A stretch of DNA of 64,000 bases from Candidatus Omnitrophota bacterium (GTDB lineage: Bacteria > Omnitrophota > Gorgyraeia > Gygaellales > JBFMHM01): contig JBFMHM010000003.1 in assembly GCA_040753015.1 (NCBI GenBank), positions 83,463-147,462 on the forward strand. The letters run 5' to 3'. The notes beneath the pieces are model-generated. The model made no database searches. It had not been told where the DNA came from and saw only the letters and a program-made list of their open reading frames with translations. The position numbers were made by a program, and so were the translations under genes. Positions 29,682 to 40,560 of this stretch are shown piece after piece (position 1 is the first letter of the stretch; every line of letters starts with the position of its first letter).

Positions 29682-30655
29682 GGCATCATATCACGCAGCT
29701 TACGGCCAGTCTCTTCTATCTTATGGCTATCGCCTTCAGTAATCAAACGGTTAAAGTTTGGACGGCCCGCTTCATTTTCTTTAATCCATTCCTTAGCAAA
29801 TTTGCCTTTTTGAATTTCTTTTAATATTTTCTTCATTTCTTTGCGCGTTTTATCTGTGATAATACGTGGACCGCGGGTCAAATCCCCATAACAAGCAGTA
29901 TTTGAAACACGCCTGCGCATTCCAGAGATACCATATTCTTGAATTAAATCCGTTATAAGTTTTAATTCATGTAAAACTTCAAAATAAGCAATCTCTGGTT
30001 GATAACCTGCTTCAATAAGTGTATCAAAACCAGCCTTGATTAATTCTGAAACACCACCGCAAAGAACTGCTTGCTCACCAAATAAATCTGTTTCGGTTTC
30101 TTCCTTAAAATTAGTTTCAATTACGCCAGCCTTTGTTGCACCAAGTGCTTTTGCATAGCTAAGAGCAATCTTTAAAGCATTGCCAGTTGCATCCTGATAA
30201 ATGGCAACTAATGATGGCACACCCTTTCCTTCTTCGTACATACGGCGCACTAAAGCTCCTGGGCCTTTGGGTGCAACCATAAACACATCTACATTTTTTG
30301 GCGGGCGAATTTGTTTAAAATGAATATTAAATCCATGAGAAAAACAAAGTGCTTTACCTTTTTTTAGATTTGGTTTAATTGCATCATTGTAAACTTTTGC
30401 CTGCACATGGTCTTGAGTTAAGATTTGAATGATATCAGCTTGTTTTGCCGCCTCTTCTGCTGAGACCGGCGCAAAACCATCGCGTATTGCGCTTTCAAAA
30501 TTTGGGGTTCCTTTTATTTCAGAAACAATAACATTAATTCCAGAATCTCTTAAACACAAACTTTGGCCTCTACCTTGAATACCGTAGCCAATAATTGCAA
30601 CTTTTTTATTTTTTAAAATATTTAGATCTGCGTCTTTATCATAATAAATCTTCAT
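29666..30655 (-). CDS. ilvC: Ketol-acid reductoisomerase
   Basis: [21 protein letters not shown] Rossmann motif and KARI fold; ~329 aa. Confidence 0.9.
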   Translation of the reverse strand: MKIYYDKDADLNILKNKKVAIIGYGIQGRGQSLCLRDSGINVIVSEIKGTPNFESAIRDGFAPVSAEEAAKQADIIQILTQDHVQAKVYNDAIKPNLKKGKALCFSHGFNIHFKQIRPPKNVDVFMVAPKGPGALVRRMYEEGKGVPSLVAIYQDATGNALKIALSYAKALGATKAGVIETNFKEETETDLFGEQAVLCGGVSELIKAGFDTLIEAGYQPEIAYFEVLHELKLITDLIQEYGISGMRRRVSNTACYGDLTRGPRIITDKTRKEMKKILKEIQKGKFAKEWIKENEAGRPNFNRLITEGDSHKIEETGRKLRDMMPWMKK

Positions 30656-30706
30656 TATGCCTCCTCGTTATTTTTTTATTAACTACCTAATCTTTCTAGA
30701 ATCATC

Positions 30707-31264
30707 TTATGAATGGAATCCGATTATTCTTCTTTCTTTATCTGACGACGGTTCCAATAATTGTTTAATAGCCTGAAAAACTATTACAAACTGCTTATCG
30801 TACTTTCTCTCCATTTCTTCAATCTTACGTTTAAGACTCACATTAGTTAAAAGCATGCGTCTTAATTGCGCAAAGGCACGCATAATTTGAATATTAACCA
30901 TAATTGCGCGCTCGCTATTCAGTACACTTGAAAGCATCGCTACGCCTTCCTGTGTAAAAACATAGGGAAAATATCTTCTTCCTCCTCGCTTTGAGGTCGC
31001 ATTTTGCGACCTCAAAAAATCCGCTTCTTCTTCTGTAAGTTGGAACATAAAATCTTCTGGAAATCTCTTTTTATTCCTTGCTACCTGCTCATTAAGCCGT
31101 TTTGTCCTTACTTCATAAAGTACAGCTAAATCACTATCTAACATTACCCTTTTACCGCGAATAATTAAAATCTTTGTGGCTATCGCTTCCGTCGGAACTA
31201 AATTAGACATACCTATTTCCCCATCGATTTTTATTGTTCGTGGCCTGGTCCACTCATGACACAT
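30707..31264 (-). CDS. ORF6N-domain (KilA-N-like) protein
   Basis: IRGKRVMLDSDLAVLYEVRTKRLNEQVARNKKRFPEDFMFQLTEEE...RGGRRYFPYVFTQEGVAMLSSVLNSERA is a textbook ORF6N domain. The real start is probably the internal Met at ~31210. Confidence 0.65.
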   Translation of the reverse strand: MCHEWTRPRTIKIDGEIGMSNLVPTEAIATKILIIRGKRVMLDSDLAVLYEVRTKRLNEQVARNKKRFPEDFMFQLTEEEADFLRSQNATSKRGGRRYFPYVFTQEGVAMLSSVLNSERAIMVNIQIMRAFAQLRRMLLTNVSLKRKIEEMERKYDKQFVIVFQAIKQLLEPSSDKERRIIGFHS

Positions 31265-31731
31265 TCTTTACAATTAATGGCTTCTTGAAGGACATTTGTT
31301 ACTTCCTTACTGTTAATCATATATTTTCTTTTTCCTCCGGAATCCATTTTCAAATTAGTTGTTTGACCATTTTCTGATTTAATAGGCATAGTATCTCTAT
31401 ATTCTTGAACCATGGCTTTTACAAATTCTGGCGATAATTTGCATTCCATCTTACCACCACCTGGTAATTCTTGAATATAATGGCACCTATCTCCTTCCTT
31501 GCCAATTATCTCTCTTGTAAGCGTCTGCCCGCTGAAAGGATCCATAGTTTTACATTTAAAAGGCTCACCTTTTTCTAATTTATCTGGAAATTCTTTACAA
31601 TATTCTCCCGAAAGAAGCTTCATTTGTTCTTCACTTATAGATATTCCTTCTTGAGCTTCTGCAAAATAGAAACAAACAAGAAAAAGCAATATCACTATAT
31701 TTAAACAAATTATTTTTTTAAACATCTTCAT
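31231..31731 (-). CDS. Hypothetical secreted Cys-containing protein
   Basis: Signal peptide; 6 Cys including a C-terminal CKEC pair; no recognisable domain. Confidence 0.4.
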   Translation of the reverse strand: MKMFKKIICLNIVILLFLVCFYFAEAQEGISISEEQMKLLSGEYCKEFPDKLEKGEPFKCKTMDPFSGQTLTREIIGKEGDRCHYIQELPGGGKMECKLSPEFVKAMVQEYRDTMPIKSENGQTTNLKMDSGGKRKYMINSKEVTNVLQEAINCKECVMSGPGHEQ

Positions 31732-31746
31732 TCTCTTCCCCTTCCA

Positions 31747-32208
31747 TTAAGATTCCATCGCAATTTTGCCAGTTTTAACCAGCTCTATAACCTTAAAGTC
31801 GCCTATATCATTCATAAAATTTTTTATCTGATTTTCATCACCCATAATCTCAATTACAAAATAATCTTTTTTTGCCTCAATAATTTTTGCCGGGTATTTT
31901 ATAACAATATCTTTAATTTTATCTTTCGCTTCAATTTTAATTAATATTAGCTCGCGGGCAATATAATCTTTTCTTGTAAAATCCGTCACACTAATAACAT
32001 CAATTAATTTATTAAGCTGTTTTTTGATCTGTTCTAAAACTTTTTCATCTTCAGCATTAACCACAATTGTCATATAAGAAACTGCTTCGTCTTGAGTTTC
32101 GGAAACCGCTAACGATGAAATATTATAGCCGCGAGCGCTAAAAAGCCCAGCCACTCTAGCCAAAACGCCAAATTTATTTTCAACTAATACAGATATTGTG
32201 TGTTTCAT
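31747..32208 (-). CDS. ilvN: Acetolactate synthase small (regulatory) subunit
   Basis: ACT-domain N-terminus ISVLVENKFGVLARVAGLFSARGYNI; immediately downstream of ilvB. Confidence 0.8.
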   Translation of the reverse strand: MKHTISVLVENKFGVLARVAGLFSARGYNISSLAVSETQDEAVSYMTIVVNAEDEKVLEQIKKQLNKLIDVISVTDFTRKDYIARELILIKIEAKDKIKDIVIKYPAKIIEAKKDYFVIEIMGDENQIKNFMNDIGDFKVIELVKTGKIAMES

Positions 32209-32209
32209 T

Positions 32210-33883
32210 TTACGCTAATCCGCTAATCATTTTATTTATCGGCTCTCCTGCAGGTACCATTGGATAAACGTTTTCTTCTCTTTCAACACGGAAATCAATC
32301 ATTACCGGTTTATCCTTAATAGATAATGCTTTCTTGATTGCTTGTTTTACATCGGATTTTCTTGTAATTTTCATGCCGATTGCGCCAAAACTTTGTGCAA
32401 GCTTAACAAAATCCGGATTACACAATGGTGTCTGAGAATACCTTTTTTTATAAAAAAGCTCCTGCCATTGCCTAACCATACCTAAATAACAATTATTTAA
32501 AATTGCAATCTTTATTGGTAATTTATTAACAACTGCTGTCATCATCTCTTGAATATTCATCTGTATTGAGCCATCTCCGGCGATATTAAAGACGGTTTTT
32601 TTAGGACATCCTAATTGGGCACCAATTGCTGCAGGCATTCCATAACCCATCGTGCCCAAACCACCACTAGAAATAAATGTACGTGGTTTTGTATATTTAT
32701 ACCACTGAGCTGCCCACATTTGATGCTGGCCAACTTCAGTACAAATTATAGCATCACCATGAGTTTGGCGGTTAATTTCTTCGATGATAAATTGTGGTTT
32801 TATCCCATCAGTTTTTCTATATTTTAAGGGATGACGAGCCTTCCATTCACTAATAGTTTTTAGCCACTCTCTTGTATCGGGTTTTTTTGTTATGAATTCT
32901 ACTAATTCTCTTAAAACATTTTTTGCATCGCCAACTACAGGTATATCAACACGAATATTCTTGCTAATTGATGTAGGGTCAATATCAATATGAATTATTT
33001 TTGCATAAGGCGCAAATGTATCAGTGCGGCCTGTAACACGATCGTCGAAACGTGCACCAATCGCAATAATACAATCTGCCTCCATTATCGCATGATTTGC
33101 ATAAGCTGTACCATGCATACCTAACATCTTTAGAGAAAGCGGGTGTGTTTCATCAAAACCACCAAGCCCCATAAGCGTAGTCGTAACTGGGCTTTGAATT
33201 TTCTCTGCAAGTATTTTTAACTCTTTCTCCGCTTGCGATATAATAATCCCGCCGCCTGCATAAATTATAGGCTTTTTGGCTTTTTCAATTAATTTAGCCG
33301 CTTTTTTAATCTGCCCGGGATGGCCAAAATAATTCGGATTATAGCTTCTAATCGTTATTTTCTCTGGCCAGATAAATTCAGCTTCTTTAATTTGCACATC
33401 CGAGGGAATATCGACAAGCACAGGCCCAGGGCGCCCTGTCGAAGCAATATAAAATGCCTCACGAATAACTTGGGCTAGATCTTCGGTTCTTTTAACTAAA
33501 AAATTATGTTTAGTAATTGGCCGGGTAATACCTGTTAAATCTGCTTCTTGAAAAGCGTCATTACCAATTAAATTAGTTTTAACTTGGCCAGTAAATGCCA
33601 CCATAGGTATTGAATCCATATAGGCAGTTGCAATACCAGTAATAAGGTTAGTTGCGCCGGGCCCGCTAGTTGCAAGGCACACGCCAACTTTTCCAGTTGC
33701 CCGAGCATAACCATCAGCTGCGTGCGCTGCGCCTTGCTCATGACGCGTTAAAATAAATTTTAATTTGGCATCATAAAGTTTATCAAAAATAGGCAAAACC
33801 TGACCGCCAGGGTAGCCAAAAATTATTTCAACTCCCTCACGCTTTAAACACTCAATAAATATCTGTGCACCCGATAATTTCAT
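32210..33883 (-). CDS. ilvB: Acetolactate synthase large subunit
   Basis: ThDP-binding motifs ([11 protein letters not shown]), ~557 aa. Confidence 0.85.
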   Translation of the reverse strand: MKLSGAQIFIECLKREGVEIIFGYPGGQVLPIFDKLYDAKLKFILTRHEQGAAHAADGYARATGKVGVCLATSGPGATNLITGIATAYMDSIPMVAFTGQVKTNLIGNDAFQEADLTGITRPITKHNFLVKRTEDLAQVIREAFYIASTGRPGPVLVDIPSDVQIKEAEFIWPEKITIRSYNPNYFGHPGQIKKAAKLIEKAKKPIIYAGGGIIISQAEKELKILAEKIQSPVTTTLMGLGGFDETHPLSLKMLGMHGTAYANHAIMEADCIIAIGARFDDRVTGRTDTFAPYAKIIHIDIDPTSISKNIRVDIPVVGDAKNVLRELVEFITKKPDTREWLKTISEWKARHPLKYRKTDGIKPQFIIEEINRQTHGDAIICTEVGQHQMWAAQWYKYTKPRTFISSGGLGTMGYGMPAAIGAQLGCPKKTVFNIAGDGSIQMNIQEMMTAVVNKLPIKIAILNNCYLGMVRQWQELFYKKRYSQTPLCNPDFVKLAQSFGAIGMKITRKSDVKQAIKKALSIKDKPVMIDFRVEREENVYPMVPAGEPINKMISGLA

Positions 33884-33938
33884 ATCTTATATTTTCCCAA
33901 TAACTACTTTTTATTTTTCTTTAAATAAATGAAAAAAA

Positions 33939-34787
33939 TTATTTGATTTTTAATAATTTATTATTCTGCGAATGCGCAAGATAATTCTGTTTACTAATTA
34001 CGCTCTTGCCAGTTTTATGCTCGAGTTCAATACGCGCATTTTTAGCGATCTTTCCGCCTTTTACAGCAGGAACTTTATTTTCTTCTAATCCATCAGCACC
34101 AATCGTTTCTGCAATTTGCCGAGTTGAAAGTTCAGCAAGAGCAGTAAAGATAAGCTCTGCTTCAGTCATATGATCGCGTAAATTTTCAGTTTTCAATTTT
34201 TTTAATTGTTTATGCTGTTTTATGGATAAATCACTCCATTCTTGATGAATAATATTAGTTAATATGGCATATTCATCCTGTTCTTTTACATCGTGATTTT
34301 TCCAATAATCAGTTAATTTATTTCTTGTTTCCTGGCCCATCATCCTTTGCTGAATCCACTTTTCGCTTCGCCCTAATTTTTGCCAATATTCCCGCGCACG
34401 ATTTAATGATTTTTCTGGATCGGAAATTTCTTGTATTCGTTCATGCCCAACTTTGGCAAGCCATAACTTAATAGGTTCGGCTTTTGGACTAGGCACAGAC
34501 TGAATTACGCGAAACAGGGTTTGAATATCTGCCAAATCCGTAAAACGCATTTTTCCATCTTCGGCCTTTAATTTCAAACGGTGACATTTTGTCACCGCTT
34601 CACTGCCCTCTTTACGAAGCCGCTGCGAAAGCTTATTCCAATATTTTCTCGCAGTTTGATAATCAAGTTGACCTGTTAAAACTTGAACAATATCAACCAC
34701 GGAAAAATACCATTTTTCTTGTTTCTCATCCCAAATTCTTCTAATTTTTCTGCCTTGAAAAATAGCAACTTTATTATCTTTTTTCAT
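33939..34787 (-). CDS. DinD-like DNA-damage-inducible protein with N-terminal Bro-N domain
   Basis: The N-terminus (IRRIWDEKQEKWYFSVVDIVQVL) has a Bro-N pattern. The C-terminal KQHKQLKKLKTENLRDHMTEAELIFTALAELSTRQ closely parallels the E. coli DinD conserved block. Start is 1 nt after the ilvD stop. Confidence 0.6.
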   Translation of the reverse strand: MKKDNKVAIFQGRKIRRIWDEKQEKWYFSVVDIVQVLTGQLDYQTARKYWNKLSQRLRKEGSEAVTKCHRLKLKAEDGKMRFTDLADIQTLFRVIQSVPSPKAEPIKLWLAKVGHERIQEISDPEKSLNRAREYWQKLGRSEKWIQQRMMGQETRNKLTDYWKNHDVKEQDEYAILTNIIHQEWSDLSIKQHKQLKKLKTENLRDHMTEAELIFTALAELSTRQIAETIGADGLEENKVPAVKGGKIAKNARIELEHKTGKSVISKQNYLAHSQNNKLLKIK

Positions 34788-34788
34788 A

Positions 34789-36441
34789 TTAAGCTAACAC
34801 TGCGCCTTTATCTGCAGAGCTTACTAATTTGGAATACCTAGTTAAATAACCTTTCTTAATCTTTGGCTCAATTGGTTTCCAATTTTCAAATCTTTTTTTG
34901 ATTTCTAAATCGCTTAGCTTAACTTCTATTTTTCGTTTTGGAATATTAATACTTATTATATCGCCATCTCTTAAAATTGCAATTGGCCCACCCGCGCTTG
35001 CCTCGGGAGAAACATGCCCGATACAAGGGCCTTTTGTACCACCGGAAAATCTACCGTCGGTAATAAGAGCAACAGAATCGGCTAAACCCATGCCAACAAT
35101 TGCCGCGGTTGGCGCAAGCATCTCACGCATACCTGGCCCGCCGCTTGGGCCTTCATAGCGGATTACAACTATATCACCGCTTTTAATCTTACCGCCTAAT
35201 ATTGCTTTCATTGCTTCTTCTTCTTGATTAAATACAGCCGCACGGCCGGTAAACTTCATCATTTTTGAGTTTACCGCAGCCTGTTTTACCACTGCTCCAT
35301 TTGGCGCAAGATTACCAAACAACACCGCAAGGCCGCCTTGTTTATGATATGCTTGCCCGAGAGACCTGATTACATCTTCGTCAAAAATTTTTGCCTCATC
35401 AGCAATTTCAAAAACTCTTTTACCAGATAAAGTTAATGTATTATTTAACATTGTCTTTAAGCGCTTTAATACCGCAGGAATTCCTCCGGAATATTCTAGA
35501 TCTTCCATAAAATGCGGGCCTGCTGGTTCTAAATTAGTAATATGTGGAGTATTTTTGCTAATATCATCAAAAGTTTTTAACTTTAAATTAACACCTGCCT
35601 CATTGGCAATTGCCATCAAATGCAAAACGGTGTTGCTAGAACCACCAAGCGCCATATCAACTACAATTGCATTATTTAAAGACTGCTCGTTGATTATATC
35701 TAATGGTTTAATATTTCTTTTGACTAATTCAACAATGCGTTCACCGCTGCCTAAAGCAATGCGCCGTTTTTTTGCAGAAATTGCAAGCGCTGTTGCGCAA
35801 CCCGGTAAAGACATACCTAAAGTTTCTGTAAGGCAAGCCATCGTATTTGCTGTGTATAAACCCTGACAAGAACCAGCACCTGGGCAGGCCTCTAACTCAA
35901 TACAAGATAATTCTTGTTCGCTGATTTCGCCTTTTTTTGCTCTGCCTAATGCCTCATAAGTATCGTGAACAAAAGCAAGTTTCTTTTTATCATAGCGGCC
36001 AGACAACATCGGCCCAGCAGTTAGAATTATTGCTGGGATATTTAACCGCGTAACACCCATAAGCATACCTGGAGTAATTTTATCACAATTAGTTAAACAA
36101 ATAATACCGTCTAACTGATGAGCGTTACAGACTGTTTCAATAGTATCGGCAACAATTTCGCGCAGTGCTAAGGGATAGCACATGCCTAAATGCCCCATAG
36201 CAATTCCATCGCAAATTCCCGGAACACCAAAGAAAAACGGTACTCCTCCACCATAACAAATTCCCCGCTCAATAAAACGCTCTAAATCACGCATGCCAAT
36301 ATGGCCGGGAATAAGGTCGGTAAAAGATGTAGCCACACCAATAAACGGCCTATCTAAATCTCTCTTGGATAATCCTGTTGCATGTAAAAGTGCACGGTGT
36401 GGAACACGCTCCAAACCCTTTTTAATTATATCTGAACGCAT
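34789..36441 (-). CDS. ilvD: Dihydroxy-acid dehydratase
   Basis: Full-length ILVD/EDD family with the Fe-S ligand Cys pattern (CPGAGSC), ~550 aa. Confidence 0.9.
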   Translation of the reverse strand: MRSDIIKKGLERVPHRALLHATGLSKRDLDRPFIGVATSFTDLIPGHIGMRDLERFIERGICYGGGVPFFFGVPGICDGIAMGHLGMCYPLALREIVADTIETVCNAHQLDGIICLTNCDKITPGMLMGVTRLNIPAIILTAGPMLSGRYDKKKLAFVHDTYEALGRAKKGEISEQELSCIELEACPGAGSCQGLYTANTMACLTETLGMSLPGCATALAISAKKRRIALGSGERIVELVKRNIKPLDIINEQSLNNAIVVDMALGGSSNTVLHLMAIANEAGVNLKLKTFDDISKNTPHITNLEPAGPHFMEDLEYSGGIPAVLKRLKTMLNNTLTLSGKRVFEIADEAKIFDEDVIRSLGQAYHKQGGLAVLFGNLAPNGAVVKQAAVNSKMMKFTGRAAVFNQEEEAMKAILGGKIKSGDIVVIRYEGPSGGPGMREMLAPTAAIVGMGLADSVALITDGRFSGGTKGPCIGHVSPEASAGGPIAILRDGDIISINIPKRKIEVKLSDLEIKKRFENWKPIEPKIKKGYLTRYSKLVSSADKGAVLA

Positions 36442-36457
36442 TAATTATCACCTTTCG

Positions 36458-37459
36458 TTATACCAACTCAAACTGTGATTGAGATATCTCTTGTTTATTT
36501 TCTTTTCTATAAAAAAGACTCGATTCTTTTTCTTCGTCAATTTCCTTTAACCTTCTATCTGCTATCTTCACATATTCACTATTTGCATCTATCCCAATAT
36601 ATTTCTTCCCTAATATTTTAGCCGCAACAGCCGTAGTCCCACTCCCAACAAAAGGATCTAAAATTATAGCATCCCTAGAGAAACTAGAAATCTTTATTAA
36701 ATATTCGCAAATGGCTAATGGTTTTACAGTCTTATGCGTATTATAACCCCCTTTTTCTTTTTTCGTCGGTTTTGGCAAAAGAAAAGTTTTATCTATAAGT
36801 TCATTGATGCCCTGTACCGTAAAAACATTTGCTGGATACATATTGTTACCAATTTTAACCCTAGTATTTAATAACCCTACTTGGTGCTCCAGGATATTAT
36901 TCAAATATGTCTTATCTACGGGTTTTTGAGCCAATGCTATAGGTTCGAAGCAAGATTTAATCTGTGGAGTCTTCCAACCACTCAATCTTTCTTTAATTTT
37001 ATTTCTTGTCTTAATATCTGTATCCATTTTTTCTATTAAATGATCAAGGCCCATTGCTTTTGCTTGATTCTGCGTATAAAGCCACATAAAAGCATCTCTT
37101 ATTTCAAACCCAGCGTCATCGATAGCCGATGCCATCCTATGATAAAGCCGCGGGCTAGAAAAAGAAAAGAAGAAACCCCCTGGCTTTAAAATTCTAAAAA
37201 TCTCTTTTGAAATTTCAAGATACCAAATATAGAATCTCTTGCCTTGCTCTCTATCAAATTTCATTCCCGCAGGTAAAGATTTTATAGTATATTGATTGCT
37301 GTCATCGGAAACCTGCTCATAACTCCAGTTATTATCCAACTTATCTAAAAAATATGGGGGATCGGTCAAAACAACATCAATAGAATCTGTTTCTAGTTTT
37401 AGTAATATTTCTATTGCATCGGCGCAAATGATCCTATTAATAAAATCTCTATTCTTCAT
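36458..37459 (-). CDS. DNA methyltransferase (N6-adenine/N4-cytosine, beta-class, DPPY motif)
   Basis: Motif IV VVLTDPPYF near the N-terminus and motif I DPFVGSGTTAVAA near the C-terminus, the circular permutation typical of beta-class amino-MTases. Confidence 0.75.
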   Translation of the reverse strand: MKNRDFINRIICADAIEILLKLETDSIDVVLTDPPYFLDKLDNNWSYEQVSDDSNQYTIKSLPAGMKFDREQGKRFYIWYLEISKEIFRILKPGGFFFSFSSPRLYHRMASAIDDAGFEIRDAFMWLYTQNQAKAMGLDHLIEKMDTDIKTRNKIKERLSGWKTPQIKSCFEPIALAQKPVDKTYLNNILEHQVGLLNTRVKIGNNMYPANVFTVQGINELIDKTFLLPKPTKKEKGGYNTHKTVKPLAICEYLIKISSFSRDAIILDPFVGSGTTAVAAKILGKKYIGIDANSEYVKIADRRLKEIDEEKESSLFYRKENKQEISQSQFELV

Positions 37460-37460
37460 T

Positions 37461-38200
37461 CTAAGTTATTTCGCTTGGATTCTGCCCTTTAAATTCATTA
37501 TACAGTATTCTATAAACTTTTTTACGAATATCTAAATCACAAGTTTTTATAACTTGTGGATTTGCTAACCTTATAACACGACCTTTGTTATCGTAAACCC
37601 ATCTATTCCTATCACCCCTATTGCATTTTTGACACTGCGGAATAATATTGCCAATAACTAAAGGCTTATTAGGTTCATATGCGCCTTTTGTAGAATAGTT
37701 TTCGTTGCCGGCCAATGAAAATGCGGCTTACTTTCTTGCGAACCACAAGTTGCACACCTAAGATTATATTTTTCTTTTATCTTCTTCCAATTCCCTGTAT
37801 CATTTATCCTATGGCCTCTTTTAAAAGAAGGATATGGTTCCTCCAAAGTATATAATTGATACGCGCCACGCTCTATGTTTAAAACAATGTTATCTCTTCC
37901 GCCAGAAACTATCCACCACCCACTTTGTGCACCTAAATGCCTTGCTTGTTGAACATCGTTCGTATTCGGATAATAACTTCTCACAAACTTAGTTAATTCT
38001 TCTTTACTTACTTTCCTTGTATTTGGATAATCATACGCCAAATAAACCAAGACAAGAGCATCTTTAGTGAAATTATTATTCTTATCATAGAGTTTAGGTA
38101 ATTTTACTCCAAATTTCCTTAAATATTTTTCATGAAACTCTTGTAGAGTTTTATAAATGCTCGCGATTGACTTTTTATTTAAAATTAGACTATCCAGCAT
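37461..38200 (-). pseudogene. Putative restriction endonuclease (Cys/His-rich, HNH-like) split by a frameshift into 180-aa and 84-aa ORFs
   Basis: Two ORFs in different frames overlap at 37658-37715. The upstream part ends ...RCATCGSQESKPHFHW...; the downstream part contains ...IIPQCQKCNRGDRNRW. Together this is a CxxC...H.H...CxxC arrangement directly upstream of the MTase. The 84-aa ORF needs a TTG start. Confidence 0.4.
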
Positions 38201-38221
38201 ATGATTATAGATATTCTATCC

Positions 38222-39565
38222 CTAATCTGCTCCCTCAGCATCTCTTTCCACTACTTCAGCCGGCCCCTTTCTCAATCTTGATATAACCCGCTTTACCTTA
38301 ATATATTTACTAACCAAATCTTTAGTATTAATCACATTTAATTTTTTAAAAAGAAAATCAAATTTTTCTTCAACTTCCCCAGCAATCTTATCACGTATCG
38401 CGCTATCTAAATTCATGATTTCTTTTTTAAACTGGCCAAAAGCTTTTTTACGTGTAGAATAATAAAATTGCTCGTCAGTTTGATCAGGTTTTCTTTCGCT
38501 ACTGCACGCCTCTTTTAGCCAAGCATAAATTTTATTCTTTAAATCAACTGGGAAATTAGGGCTGTCGAAAACCATATTCTGAAACTGGGTTGCCAAATGC
38601 ACCTCTAGTGTTCCAACTTCAGGAAATTTGCCAAATGCATCATCAGGCAAAGTTGAGGCGCCATGCTGCACAGCGCCACCTAAACCAAATTCTTCTCTTG
38701 AAATTTTAGAAAGTGTTTTTAAGGTATCGAAATCAAGTTTAACTTGAGCGATTGTCCCATCTGGTAACACTACGCCGCCATGAGATGTACCAGTTTGTAC
38801 GCTAATTTTTGAAATTCCAATACGCCCTTTTCTTAATCTTTCTTTATACCCATTCATAAATGCGCGCAGCTCTTCTGGTGTTGAGTTTGCCTTACCAACT
38901 TCACCAATCTCACCACCCACAGATACAGTTATACCTTTTGGTTCAATCTGACGGATAAATTGAGTAAGTTTTGCGCAAACTTCAAAATTTAACTCTTGCT
39001 CTTTTTCAATAGAACCCTTAGTTAAATCGACGAGTGTTGACGAATCAATATCAATATTATAGAATCCTGCATCAATAGCTTCTTGAATTAATTTTTTTAA
39101 CCCCTCGAGCTCATTCTCTGAATTTTCTTTATATTTTTTTGGATTAACCTGAGTATGGTCTGCCTGAATAAATACCGGGCCAGAATATTCTTCTCGCACA
39201 GCTGCACCTAAAATTACTGATACATACTCTAAAGGGCTCTGATCAGTATAACCCATCTCCGATTTTGCAATTTCAAAAATGAACGTACCGGAGTTATTGC
39301 GTTTAGCAACACGAAATATTGCCCTTGCTAAATCATAAGTTAGGCCTCTAAGGTTAATTGCTGGTACCGTAAATCCGCTAAATTCACCTCGGCCTGCGGC
39401 CATATATAAATCATTTATGGATGATGAATATACCCCCTGCTTATAGGCGATATCTTTAATTTTTTTACCAAGCCTTTCCTTTAACACAATATCACTAGAT
39501 GTAACTAAACTTATAACTAATTTATCCATATCTAACTTTGGCCTGCCTCTTACCATCTCTTTCAT
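38222..39565 (-). CDS. Class II ketose/fructose-bisphosphate aldolase (long form)
   Basis: ~447 aa with class II aldolase-like metal-binding His motifs (QADHTQV, SVQTGTSHGG, GGAVQHGAST); next to pfkA. Confidence 0.5.
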   Translation of the reverse strand: MKEMVRGRPKLDMDKLVISLVTSSDIVLKERLGKKIKDIAYKQGVYSSSINDLYMAAGRGEFSGFTVPAINLRGLTYDLARAIFRVAKRNNSGTFIFEIAKSEMGYTDQSPLEYVSVILGAAVREEYSGPVFIQADHTQVNPKKYKENSENELEGLKKLIQEAIDAGFYNIDIDSSTLVDLTKGSIEKEQELNFEVCAKLTQFIRQIEPKGITVSVGGEIGEVGKANSTPEELRAFMNGYKERLRKGRIGISKISVQTGTSHGGVVLPDGTIAQVKLDFDTLKTLSKISREEFGLGGAVQHGASTLPDDAFGKFPEVGTLEVHLATQFQNMVFDSPNFPVDLKNKIYAWLKEACSSERKPDQTDEQFYYSTRKKAFGQFKKEIMNLDSAIRDKIAGEVEEKFDFLFKKLNVINTKDLVSKYIKVKRVISRLRKGPAEVVERDAEGAD

Positions 39566-39569
39566 CTCC

Positions 39570-40544
39570 TTATCTTAATGTATCTAATAAACTATGATAC
39601 CTTGCTAATTTTATTTTTTTCTTTTTTATTGCGGTTTTAAAATCAACAAATATAATTTTTCCATCTTTTGTGCCAACTACTTTATTAAATTCACCTTGGC
39701 ATAAGCAATTTATTGCTGCATGGCTTAAAATTAAAGCTATCGTCCTGCTTAACGCCGTAGGCCTACCGCCGCGTTGAATGTGACCTAAAACAATCGCACG
39801 AGTCTCAAGGCCTGTAATATCATTAATTTTTTTCGCTATATCTTGTGCCTTTGCCGCACCCTCTGCTGTAATTATAATCCAGCTTATCTTTCCTCTAATA
39901 TTGCCTTCAACGATATTATCACAAATTTTATCAATATCAACTTTATGTTCTGGAATTATAGCATCTTCGCAGCCACCGGCTAAAGCGACTTCAAGCGCAA
40001 TAAAACCACAATCCCTACCCATAACCTCGACAACAAAAACCCTTTCCATAGAAGTTGCTGTATCCCGTATATTATCAATTGCCATAAGAGCAGTATTAAC
40101 AGCCGTGTCTGAACCAATCGTAATATCAATACCATTAACATCATTATCAATAGATGCAGGAATGCCAATAGAAGGAACTTTAAAATTTTTATAGAAAGAA
40201 TGTGCGGCTGTAAAACTACCATTTCCCCCAATAACCACTAAAGCATCAATAGAATGTTTTTTTATAACTTCGTACGCTCTTTTTTGACCATCTTTTGTGT
40301 GAAACTCTTTAGAACGAGCGGTCTTTAATATCGTGCCACCTTGATTAATAATCCCTGAAACAGAACGATGATTAAAGAATTTTAGATCCTCATTCATCAA
40401 CCCTGCCCAACCACGAAATACCCCCATTACTTCTATCTTACTAGATAAAGCACATCTAACAACTCCACGGATAGCCGCATTCATTCCTGGAGCATCCCCG
40501 CCAGTAGTTAGTACTGCAATACGTTTTATTTTTGATTTTTGCAT
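39570..40544 (-). CDS. pfkA: ATP-dependent 6-phosphofructokinase
   Basis: GGDAPGMNAA, VIGGNGS and VMGRDCGFIAL signatures. Confidence 0.85.
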   Translation of the reverse strand: MQKSKIKRIAVLTTGGDAPGMNAAIRGVVRCALSSKIEVMGVFRGWAGLMNEDLKFFNHRSVSGIINQGGTILKTARSKEFHTKDGQKRAYEVIKKHSIDALVVIGGNGSFTAAHSFYKNFKVPSIGIPASIDNDVNGIDITIGSDTAVNTALMAIDNIRDTATSMERVFVVEVMGRDCGFIALEVALAGGCEDAIIPEHKVDIDKICDNIVEGNIRGKISWIIITAEGAAKAQDIAKKINDITGLETRAIVLGHIQRGGRPTALSRTIALILSHAAINCLCQGEFNKVVGTKDGKIIFVDFKTAIKKKKIKLARYHSLLDTLR

Positions 40545-40560
40545 TTTGATTATTGATTTT

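Noticed and set aside
37461-38200. Two independent small genes (180 aa + 84 aa) upstream of the methyltransferase
   Set aside because: The Cys/His motif pattern is split across the two ORFs, they overlap out of frame, and the downstream one needs a TTG start. A single frameshifted endonuclease gene is the simpler reading, though not proven.
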